Part shown: in pieces, positions 18,467 through 25,301 of the stretch
Position numbering within the stretch: position 1 is the stretch's first letter
How the letters are laid out: each line of letters starts with the position of its first letter
IMG/VR virus record: IMGVR_UViG_3300047400_000075
Span: 1-38,121 of that record
Strand: one strand, 5' to 3'
DNA from: a virus
Taxonomy: Duplodnaviria > Caudoviricetes
Length of the DNA stretch: 38,121 nt
Translations under genes and position numbers: made by a program
Notes under the pieces: model-generated
The model's database searches: none
What the model was told of the DNA's origin: nothing
What the model saw: only the letters and a program-made list of their open reading frames with translations

Positions 18467-18491
18467 CGCCTATTTCGTGAAGTTGTGTCAA
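18462..18491 (-). promoter_or_regulatory. Putative promoter of the replication operon
   Basis: TTGACA-18 bp-GAAAAT. Confidence 0.5.
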
Positions 18492-18494
18492 GTG

Positions 18495-18887
18495 TTAGGC
18501 TCTCACGGCACTCTGCCGGCAGATATTGAAGTCCGGCGTAAAGAACATCACCACATGAAAGCCGTATACGTCGTCTGGCTCTGCCTTCAGCGTCCCCGCG
18601 TGCAGCGACAAGATCGGCCCTCGGTGATGTTCCTCACACAACACGATCAAGTTCTCGCGGCTGCTTCTGATGCCATGATCGCCGCCCATGCCTTTCGAGA
18701 CGATGTGGCAGACTTCGCGTGAGGGCGTCCCACAGAACCGACAACAGCCGCCGTCACGCTGTCTGACGTAGGCTTTCTCCTTCCGCTCAAAGGCATCCAC
18801 GGCAGTACGCTTGGCCTTGCGCGCACGTTTCGCGGTGCCTTTGGTGGGCTTGGGGTGGGGTGCGGTCCAGGGGTTAATCGCGGTCAT
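18495..18887 (-). CDS. HNH endonuclease
   Basis: RDGGCCRFCG..CHIVSKGMGG..ENLIVLCEEHH. Confidence 0.85.
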   Translation of the reverse strand: MTAINPWTAPHPKPTKGTAKRARKAKRTAVDAFERKEKAYVRQRDGGCCRFCGTPSREVCHIVSKGMGGDHGIRSSRENLIVLCEEHHRGPILSLHAGTLKAEPDDVYGFHVVMFFTPDFNICRQSAVRA

Positions 18888-19200
18888 CGGCCTTCCCCGC
18901 TGGCACGCCATGCAGCGCGGTCCAGTCTTTCCACGACAGGATCACGAGGGCGTCGGTGTCCTTCTGGCCGGGTGTCTTCAGGACGAGAATCCCTGACTTC
19001 CCCTGCGTGGCTGCGGTGGCTTGAATGCCGCCCAACCAGTGCCAGAGCCAAGACGGCAACATCCGACGCACCTTGAGTTGGTAGGCCGCTATCGCGTCAG
19101 TGAAGTCGGCCCCGTGACGCTCGCCAGTGACGGGGATACGGTCCACGCCGACATCGCGGGCCATGCGGCGCTCGCAGGCTTTCCAGGCTTTGTCGCTCAT
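18874..19200 (-). CDS. PD-(D/E)XK nuclease, Holliday junction resolvase-like
   Basis: WKACERRMA..GAD..YQLKVR..LVILSWKDW. Confidence 0.7.
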   Translation of the reverse strand: MSDKAWKACERRMARDVGVDRIPVTGERHGADFTDAIAAYQLKVRRMLPSWLWHWLGGIQATAATQGKSGILVLKTPGQKDTDALVILSWKDWTALHGVPAGKADDRD

Positions 19201-19204
19201 CGGC

Positions 19205-19852
19205 CTACGCGCCTCCCTCGCTGCTCACGGCCAGTGAGGCGATGATGGCGTCTCGCTCGGCCTTGGTCACGATGTGTATCCCGCCGCGCTTGACTGGCGT
19301 GTCGTGGGCTGTCCAGTACATCCAGGCGCTCGTCACGCTGTCTGTGGATCCACTACCTCTATAGTCGGTCCGTGGGAGCACAATCACTTGTTGCGGTGGA
19401 TGCGCGGCTAACCATGCGCCACGCTCGTCTGTCGGCTCCAGAAACGACAGTCGCAGCAGCATCACCGCGCCCCAGATGCTCCACTTGTGCGCGTGCTTCA
19501 AAATCTCGAAAGCTTGATTGAAGGGCGGGTTCGTGATCGTCAGCGTCGGTTTCCCCTTCTGTCCACACACCCACGTCCACGAGTCACGCATGGTCGCATC
19601 GGCCAAGAACGTCGGCGCGAACGGTTCTCTGGCAACAATGTCCGACGTGAACCAGTGCAGCTTCGGCCGAACCCTCTGCATCGCTCTCACGATGGCCCCG
19701 TCTCCAACACAAGGCTCGTAGACCGAACACAGCTTCGGGATGTTGACGTAGCGCGCCATGGCTACCGTTTGCCACGCTGGCGTGACGTAAAAGTCATCCG
19801 AACGCCGAGCCTGCGGATCGCCAACGTCTTTGAGCACGCCGGACGTATTCAC
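19205..19852 (-). CDS. DNA adenine (amino) methyltransferase
   Basis: DFYVTP, motif I YEPCVGDG, catalytic TNPPF, LLRLSFLE; GTG 19852 coupled to the upstream stop. Confidence 0.85.
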   Translation of the reverse strand: MNTSGVLKDVGDPQARRSDDFYVTPAWQTVAMARYVNIPKLCSVYEPCVGDGAIVRAMQRVRPKLHWFTSDIVAREPFAPTFLADATMRDSWTWVCGQKGKPTLTITNPPFNQAFEILKHAHKWSIWGAVMLLRLSFLEPTDERGAWLAAHPPQQVIVLPRTDYRGSGSTDSVTSAWMYWTAHDTPVKRGGIHIVTKAERDAIIASLAVSSEGGA

Positions 19853-19962
19853 CGCTGCCACCGTGGATGCACCGGAAAGCCGTACTGCTTGAGCGCCTCC
19901 AATCGCGTGGTGGCAGAGGGGCCAGCCATCAGACGCCAGAGGATTGTGCGAAGCCAAGTCAT
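19849..19962 (-). CDS. 37-aa hypothetical protein
   Basis: Own translation MTWLRTILWRLMAGPSATTRLEALKQYGFPVHPRWQR; ATGA and GTGA overlaps. Confidence 0.45.
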   Translation of the reverse strand: MTWLRTILWRLMAGPSATTRLEALKQYGFPVHPRWQR

Positions 19963-20183
19963 GCGTCCTGCTCCTTGATCGCCTGTTCGATGCGTTCGGC
20001 GGCAGCGATGAGCTCGGCGGCGAGTTGACGTGCATTGGCCGCACCATCGCTATTCCATCCCGGCAGGTAAACCATGTCTGGCGCATCTTCGTGATCGATG
20101 CCTACGATATAGCCACGTTCGTAGGAATACTCAAGCACCACATCCACGACACCGAGCAAATCGAAACGCTGTACTTCTTTCAT
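19959..20183 (-). CDS. Hypothetical protein
   Basis: ATG 20183 with a GAGGGAGGGAG SD; ARQLAAELIAAA motif. Confidence 0.65.
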   Translation of the reverse strand: MKEVQRFDLLGVVDVVLEYSYERGYIVGIDHEDAPDMVYLPGWNSDGAANARQLAAELIAAAERIEQAIKEQDA

Positions 20184-20206
20184 CTCGCGCTCCCTCCCTC
20201 TGTGAA

Positions 20207-20344
20207 CTGTTGGCGGCGTGCAGCGCGGCATGCCATGAGGCGTTGACCGTGCCCCGTGTGCGACCTCGCAAGGTGCCTCTAGGTTGAACACCCCGTGACT
20301 TCAGGTGTTGGGCTCAACCGCACCCACGCCGACGCCGCCAACAG
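20207..20344 (-). ncRNA. Structured RNA unit C (3' unit of tandem array)
   Basis: Perfect 13-bp closing IR CTGTTGGCGGCGT/ACGCCGCCAACAG with nested stems GTGCG/CGCAC, GGTTGA/TCAACC, AACACC/GGTGTT, ACCT/AGGT. Confidence 0.6.
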
Positions 20345-20350
20345 ACTGAC

Positions 20351-20439
20351 TGGTGAGTGGGGCCGTTACCGAAAAACGGCGACTTGGGCACATCAGCCCG
20401 CTGTCCCGGCTCACTCGGCAAAGCCGCGCCCACTCACCA
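20351..20439 (-). ncRNA. tRNA-like cloverleaf RNA unit B ending in ACCA
   Basis: 11-bp closing IR; GAGTGGG/CCCACTC + A + CCA; three arms; non-canonical loops. Confidence 0.65.
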
Positions 20440-20445
20440 TCTCAA

Positions 20446-20586
20446 TTGCCGCGAGCGCACCATCGGATGCGCTGCGTGTCGTGGTGTTCTCTTCTACATA
20501 TGCTGCCGAGGTCATCGCATGATTCCTTTCGATGAATCAGCATCGCGTTCTGTAGCACCACTACACGCCCAGAACTGGCGCGGCAA
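20446..20586 (-). ncRNA. Structured RNA unit A (5' unit of tandem array)
   Basis: TTGCCGCG/CGCGGCAA closing stem; CCAG/CTGG; GCGTGT-GTGGTG-CTACA-ATGCTG nested long arm; AGCGCA/TGCGCT. Confidence 0.6.
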
Positions 20587-20588
20587 AC

Positions 20589-20921
20589 TTAAACAGTCGC
20601 CTTGAACTCCTCCGCACTCGCCCGCGCAAAGGCTTTGAGCGTGCGGCTCATCTCCAACACCAGCACCCGCGCATCCTTGGCCGTGCGATAGCGGGCGTAT
20701 TCCTCACTCGCCTGCGCTCTGACCTTGGCCCTATTAGCAGCTTCCTGACTGTCCAGCGCCGCATCGAGCACCTTGAGATAGGCCAGCTCCGCCTCCCGCT
20801 CCTCGACCATCACGTAGCCGAGTAGCGCGACGGCCTGATTGGATAGCTCGCTGGCCTTGAGCGGGGACAAGTCGCCGAGCATTTCCCTCTGCATGGCGGC
20901 GATGCGATCACGGACGGTCAC
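20589..20921 (-). CDS. Helical protein, possibly a UvsY-like recombination mediator
   Basis: AANRAKVRAQASEEY coiled-coil pattern; early-region context. Confidence 0.5.
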   Translation of the reverse strand: MTVRDRIAAMQREMLGDLSPLKASELSNQAVALLGYVMVEEREAELAYLKVLDAALDSQEAANRAKVRAQASEEYARYRTAKDARVLVLEMSRTLKAFARASAEEFKATV

Positions 20922-21220
20922 ACCAGAGCCCTCCACAACGTGACCGTCCGCCCATAGGGCGACAGGCCGTGTTCATCCGTGCGGGCCTCGATGAGATTGG
21001 CCCGCAGTAACCCATTCCGCACGCTGCACACCGTGGACATCGGCCAGCCGGTCAAACGCACGATGTCGTGATCCGTGAGTCCGCGCGGCGCCGTGCGTAG
21101 CAGACAGAGCAGCGACGTCGTCTTCGTCAGGCGCGTCTCTCGTGCCGCCTCCGCAGCCTTGGCTGAGTGGTGGCGACTGATCGGCGTGGAGCCTGAGAAC
21201 GGCAGCGAGGCTGGTGTCAT
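20918..21220 (-). CDS. Winged-helix DNA-binding protein
   Basis: RGLTDHDIVRLTGWPMSTVCSVRNGLLRANLIE..GRTVTLW. Confidence 0.7.
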   Translation of the reverse strand: MTPASLPFSGSTPISRHHSAKAAEAARETRLTKTTSLLCLLRTAPRGLTDHDIVRLTGWPMSTVCSVRNGLLRANLIEARTDEHGLSPYGRTVTLWRALV

Positions 21221-21489
21221 GCCTCTTCTCGCGCCTGCCTCGTGATGGCGGCGATCTCGTGCTCAACGGCTTGCCGGATGGCCGTCTCTAGGATTGGCCG
21301 CCACCGCTCGTCACGGTCGGTCGGCCACTGTTCGCAGATAGCGTCGGCTATCGCTTCACAGGCCGACGCGATGATGGACTCCTGCCGAAGTTCTTCAAAT
21401 CGTTCTGTGCTGCCGTCGATGGCAACCACCTCGGCGTCGATCTTGGCGTTTTGTTCAGCAATCGCCCTGTCCAGGCTGACCACCTTCAT
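21217..21489 (-). CDS. Hypothetical protein
   Basis: GGAGG SD; coupled to neighbours. Confidence 0.55.
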   Translation of the reverse strand: MKVVSLDRAIAEQNAKIDAEVVAIDGSTERFEELRQESIIASACEAIADAICEQWPTDRDERWRPILETAIRQAVEHEIAAITRQAREEA

Positions 21490-22154
21490 CACGCCGCCTC
21501 CCGCAGATGACTGAGCTTCTTTGCCAGTCCCACGGTCAGCTCGACATCCGCCCGGCAATGCGCGGAGATGGCCTCCCAGTCACCCGCGTTGACCAGCGTT
21601 TGGATGTCGGCGCCACTGATTGAATCGTTCTGCGTTGGCACATCAAAGACGCGGCAGGACGTCTTCAAATCGCGCGGGATCGCGCTGAACAATCGCGGGT
21701 TCCCCATGCAGATGCCATCGACGTAGACGTCGTAGACATCTCGCAGCTCTCGCCATACGGCCTTGGTGTACCGAGGCCGAACGCCCAGCAACTGCGATCG
21801 CCGGATCAAATGCGGGATGTCGAAATCCACGCAGTTGTAGCCCATAAGCAGGCGCGGATGGCTGACAGCCCAGAAGAACTCAAGCGCCTCACGCTCCTGG
21901 GTCTCGTCAGGGATTGTGATGACTTGTGTTCCCTGACTTGCGATCCAATAACCGAGCGCCACAATGCGGCTCGTGTTCGGATCCAGTCCCAGCTTGCTTT
22001 CGCGCTCGGCCTTCTTGCGCGCGATGTCGGCCGCGATCTTGACGGGATCAGTTAGACGCTTGTCGGCCTGAATATCGTCGTCGCTCAGAAGCGATGCCGC
22101 CCTCGGATGTGCCGCCGTCTCCAGGTCGAACACAATCGGTGTGATGTCGGTCAT
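21489..22154 (-). CDS. DEDD 3'-5' exonuclease (PolB-exo-like)
   Basis: FDLET, GYNCVDFDIPHL, HCRADV. Confidence 0.88.
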   Translation of the reverse strand: MTDITPIVFDLETAAHPRAASLLSDDDIQADKRLTDPVKIAADIARKKAERESKLGLDPNTSRIVALGYWIASQGTQVITIPDETQEREALEFFWAVSHPRLLMGYNCVDFDIPHLIRRSQLLGVRPRYTKAVWRELRDVYDVYVDGICMGNPRLFSAIPRDLKTSCRVFDVPTQNDSISGADIQTLVNAGDWEAISAHCRADVELTVGLAKKLSHLREAA

Positions 22155-22741
22155 GACAACAGCCCCATGCCGAGAATGGGCAGCAACAACGGAAGCACCC
22201 AACTGAACGGAATATCCGAGTCAGTCAGCGGCGGCACGTCTTCATCAGGCCATTCCGTCTTCACAGATGGCGCAGGAGCCGGATCTCGATCCTGCTTCCG
22301 CACATACTCCCGCGCGGCCATCGTCGGCATGCCCTTGACCAACGGCATGATGCTGACGACGTTGGCGTAGGTGCGATCCCCGACCTGGTTGTGCTGGATG
22401 TTGAGCAGGCAGTTGACGCCGATCAGCTTCTCGACGTCGAAGCCCATCTCCTCCTCGCGCGTGAACTTCCGGCCGCGCCAGGACTCGAGGTCTTTCCGCA
22501 GGCCCGACTTCTCGTGCAGGCTGAGCGTGTAGCGTTTGAACACGAGGAACGGCTTGCCGTCCTCCCGCTCCTCGGCAATCTGCCACGCGACGTTAATCTT
22601 GTGCTGCTGCTTCTTGGTGCCCTGCCACGTCACCTCCAGCACGCCCAGATCCTGCACATCCACACACACGGCCTGATGCACGCCGGATGGCGCTGGCTCA
22701 AAGCTCGTCCCCTCGCCGCTCGACTTCGCAATGATCGCCAT
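22151..22741 (-). CDS. Phage ssDNA-binding protein (NGO0469-like family) with acidic DIPF motif and hydrophobic extension
   Basis: PSGVHQAVCVDVQDLG, YTLSLHEKSGLRKDLESWRG, YANVVSIMP, TDSDIPF. Confidence 0.8.
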   Translation of the reverse strand: MAIIAKSSGEGTSFEPAPSGVHQAVCVDVQDLGVLEVTWQGTKKQQHKINVAWQIAEEREDGKPFLVFKRYTLSLHEKSGLRKDLESWRGRKFTREEEMGFDVEKLIGVNCLLNIQHNQVGDRTYANVVSIMPLVKGMPTMAAREYVRKQDRDPAPAPSVKTEWPDEDVPPLTDSDIPFSWVLPLLLPILGMGLLS

Positions 22742-22968
22742 TACTTCTGCTCCTTCGGGACGGCCTGGAAATACAACTTGTCGCCGTCGATCCTGATGCG
22801 CGAATAAAGCCCCTTCTTCGATGCGCTCGCGCGAAGCGTGACTGACCGCTTATACGGGTCTGTGTTGAAATCCACGCCGCGCACGAACAGTCGGCAGCGC
22901 CCATCCAACCATTCGTTGTTGAATGGGACCCTACGACCCACCGGCAAGTCGTCGACAATCTCTGCCAT
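22741..22968 (-). CDS. Hypothetical, possibly DNA-binding protein
   Basis: Coupled; EWLDG..LFVRGVDF. Confidence 0.6.
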   Translation of the reverse strand: MAEIVDDLPVGRRVPFNNEWLDGRCRLFVRGVDFNTDPYKRSVTLRASASKKGLYSRIRIDGDKLYFQAVPKEQK

Positions 22969-23183
22969 TACATCGCCTCCACTTCGCGCACATGGACGCC
23001 GGATGATGTCCGGCACACTTCCACCAACCCGGAGCCCGCAAACCCGACATCCAGCGTGCAGATCCGTTCTTCGTAGGGATCGACGCCGAGCGCCACCAGA
23101 GCTGCCACCAAGTCAATGATGGTGCCCTTGGCATAGGCCAAGGTGCGCGGGGGATCGGGCTGTGCTAGACTGTTTGCTGTCAT
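22968..23183 (-). CDS. Hypothetical early protein
   Basis: GGGAGG SD before the ATG. Confidence 0.6.
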   Translation of the reverse strand: MTANSLAQPDPPRTLAYAKGTIIDLVAALVALGVDPYEERICTLDVGFAGSGLVEVCRTSSGVHVREVEAM

Positions 23184-23240
23184 CTCGGTTGCCTCCCTCT
23201 GGCCCGGCGTGGTTCCTCTCCCACGTCGGGCCGTTTTTAT
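23163..23240 (+). ncRNA. Putative antisense sRNA with its promoter and terminator
   Basis: TGcTAGACT at 23163-23171; 12-bp hairpin 23201-23232 followed by GTTTTTAT; covers SD and ATG of gene 22968..23183. Confidence 0.55.
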
Positions 23241-23353
23241 TCGTCTCGCTTCAGGTCGTTAGCCGCCACCAGACACATGACGGCCACCCCGGACAGAAAC
23301 GCCGCCACCAGCAGCAGCACGAACTCGACCGGGTGAATGGCCCACGGTGTCAT
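23237..23353 (-). CDS. Small single-TM protein
   Basis: MTPWAIHPVEFVLLLVAAFLSGVAVMCLVAANDLKRDE. Confidence 0.55.
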   Translation of the reverse strand: MTPWAIHPVEFVLLLVAAFLSGVAVMCLVAANDLKRDE

Positions 23354-23664
23354 TCCGCCCCCCGTTCGCCCACATCCAGACGCCACGACAGGCCCTCTTG
23401 CTCGACGGCCATGTCGATGGCCTTCATCAGCCGCGCGTGTGACTGCGGATAGGCCGCACTCGCGGGCACTGGAATCCGGTCGCCCCGGCTGTAGCACCAG
23501 TTCTCAATCAGGATGTCGGCTAGTTCGCTGATGGCATCCCGCATCCGCGCCTGCTGATGCGCGTGCCAATTAACATCGGCCTGTCCCGGCTCTGGCAACG
23601 GTTCGCGCCGCAAGACCCGCTCGGCCATCGCCACCCCGAGCGCCACCTGATCGTTAATCGTCAT
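23350..23664 (-). CDS. Hypothetical early protein
   Basis: AAGGAGG SD; ATGA overlap. Confidence 0.6.
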   Translation of the reverse strand: MTINDQVALGVAMAERVLRREPLPEPGQADVNWHAHQQARMRDAISELADILIENWCYSRGDRIPVPASAAYPQSHARLMKAIDMAVEQEGLSWRLDVGERGAE

Positions 23665-23852
23665 CGCGCCTCCTTTACCACCGCCCACCGCAGGCCCAAC
23701 TTGGCCAGCATGGCATCCGACCACGCACTCCGGCCGTTGAGCAACCCACTGAGATACTGAGCACTCACGCCCAAGGCCGCCGCCGCCTCCGCCTGTGTGG
23801 GATAGTCTCGGCAGAACGCCTGTAAGACTGCAATCGGGTCCGTCTCGCGCAT
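23661..23852 (-). CDS. Cro/XRE-like HTH regulator (probably leaderless)
   Basis: TQAEAAAALGVSAQYLSGLLNGR; ATG 6 nt after the -10 box. Confidence 0.85.
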   Translation of the reverse strand: MRETDPIAVLQAFCRDYPTQAEAAAALGVSAQYLSGLLNGRSAWSDAMLAKLGLRWAVVKEAR

Positions 23853-23858
23853 GAACAG

Positions 23859-23910
23859 ACTGTAAGCGATACGCGAATCCGTTGTCAATAGGTTATTTTG
23901 AAATTATTTC
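23859..23910 (-). promoter_or_regulatory. Main early promoter with AT-rich UP element
   Basis: TTGACA (23888-23883)-18 bp-TACAGT (23864-23859); upstream gaaataatttcaaaataa is strikingly AT-rich. Confidence 0.75.
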
Positions 23911-23923
23911 TAGGAGGGACGAA

Positions 23924-23993
23924 CACGGCCCGCACGGCCCCACCTCGCCTCAGGGGTGTGAGGCGTTCCCAGCGGCGGCACCGTGCGGGCGTG
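23924..23993 (-). terminator. Long hairpin at the end of the late operon
   Basis: GCCCGCACGG/CCGTGCGGGC enclosing CGCCTCA/TGAGGCG, right after the radical SAM stop; weak T tract. Confidence 0.5.
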
Positions 23994-23996
23994 AAT

Positions 23997-24827
23997 CTAG
24001 GTGAGTGCTGGCTGCTTAACCCACTGAGCCCGAACGCGGCCACCAGGGAATGCGCTCTGCTCGTTAACTGAGCCGTCCTCGGCGTGTCCTCTGGTGATCG
24101 GATAGTCCACTGAGACGCGGCCAGAGGCGTACAGATTCACGCTGTTGACGGCGACGTAATGCACATCCCAGTACGTGACCGTCAACGGGCCCCACTTGTA
24201 GACTGGCATTCCGAACAGTTCATTGTCTGGCAACCAGGCACTCAGGGGGTTGCCTTGGTGCGGCTGTCCGTACGGCTCTCGAAGATTCACCTTGCGCGGC
24301 CCGTACGCGCAAAGCTTATCGAGCGTCCGTGGAACGTCTGCCCTGTTCTCTGGGCCGAGAACCACGTAGATCGCTATCTCGCGCGGATCGTGAAGGATGT
24401 CGGACAGGTCGGCTGGCGGGCCTCCCATCATCGACGCATTGATCACAGGGTCCAGCGAGCACACCGTGACGCTGGCCTTGTCATAGGCCAGCCATCTGTC
24501 GCGGTGATTGGGGATCGCGATTCCGTTCGTCCTGACACCCACTGGCACGCCCAGTTCACGGAGACGCCCAACCAACGCCTCAGTATGTCGATAGAGCAAG
24601 TGGTCCGTGTTCGTGCCGCTGACCCACACGTCTGACACGCGCCGTTCTCGGCACTGGCGCATGAACTCGTCAAGCCCTTCCAGCGGCCACGTGTCGCGCG
24701 TGTCGAATCCGTCTAGGGCCATCATGTGCTGGCCGATACAGAAATAGCAGGCGCGGTTACACGGCCCGGAGAGATGCACGTTGCCGAACCAGTGATCGAA
24801 TGCTGGCGACGAATTCAGGCAGCCCAT
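23997..24827 (-). CDS. Radical SAM enzyme
   Basis: CNRACYFC (CxxxCxxC), VSGTNTD, VRTNG, SLDP. Confidence 0.88.
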   Translation of the reverse strand: MGCLNSSPAFDHWFGNVHLSGPCNRACYFCIGQHMMALDGFDTRDTWPLEGLDEFMRQCRERRVSDVWVSGTNTDHLLYRHTEALVGRLRELGVPVGVRTNGIAIPNHRDRWLAYDKASVTVCSLDPVINASMMGGPPADLSDILHDPREIAIYVVLGPENRADVPRTLDKLCAYGPRKVNLREPYGQPHQGNPLSAWLPDNELFGMPVYKWGPLTVTYWDVHYVAVNSVNLYASGRVSVDYPITRGHAEDGSVNEQSAFPGGRVRAQWVKQPALT

Positions 24828-24986
24828 CTAGTTCGCCTCCTTCATCACCACACCATCCGGCCGCACTCTGACAACCTTGGCACAGCACGAGCACACCGCG
24901 ACGATGGTGCCCGCGCCTTCGACCCGTTCAGGCTTCAGGGTGTCGGCAGAGTCACAATGCGGGCAGTCAGGGAGTGGACGGCTCAC
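24828..24986 (-). CDS. Small zinc-ribbon protein
   Basis: CPHC...CSCC. Confidence 0.55.
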   Translation of the reverse strand: MSRPLPDCPHCDSADTLKPERVEGAGTIVAVCSCCAKVVRVRPDGVVMKEAN

Positions 24987-25149
24987 TGGTGATGCTCCAG
25001 AAATCGACGAAGAAGCCAAGACCGAGCAGCACGACGTGAGCGCTGAAGTAGAACGGCTTGCGCTTTCCGACCGCGATGTCTACCACGATCAGGCGCACCA
25101 GGCTGCCTCGCCAATCGTTCTCCCAGAAGAATTCGTGGTTCTTTGGCAT
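24967..25149 (-). CDS. Hypothetical protein
   Basis: Coupled to the upstream gene. Confidence 0.45.
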   Translation of the reverse strand: MPKNHEFFWENDWRGSLVRLIVVDIAVGKRKPFYFSAHVVLLGLGFFVDFWSITSEPSTP

Positions 25150-25301
25150 CACGGTATCGCCTCCCCACACTCCAGACACGTCACCGGGAGCAGTTGCCGT
25201 CCTGGCTTCGGTGCCGTCAGCCACGTCACCGCAGCACAGCGCGGACAGATAGCGCGGATAGACTCGATGAAGTTGCGGTCATCGTAGCTACCGGGAGTCA
25301 T
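25149..25301 (-). CDS. Small zinc-ribbon protein
   Basis: CPRC...CLECG; ATGA overlap with the endolysin stop. Confidence 0.55.
   Translation of the reverse strand: MTPGSYDDRNFIESIRAICPRCAAVTWLTAPKPGRQLLPVTCLECGEAIP

Noticed and set aside
19853-20086. Long N-terminal extension of the methyltransferase in the ORF track
   Set aside because: Region is better explained by two coupled small genes; true start likely GTG 19852. Similar over-extensions apply to 25918, 26514, 27559 and 28530
20351-20435. Canonical tRNA gene
   Set aside because: No 7-nt anticodon loop, no GG in the D-like loop, no GTTCRA; kept only as tRNA-like
20207-20586. CRISPR array or protein-coding ORFs (20295..20522, 20357..20605)
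   Set aside because: No repeated unit sequence and no cas genes; the ORFs lack SD or motifs and lie on the non-coding strand
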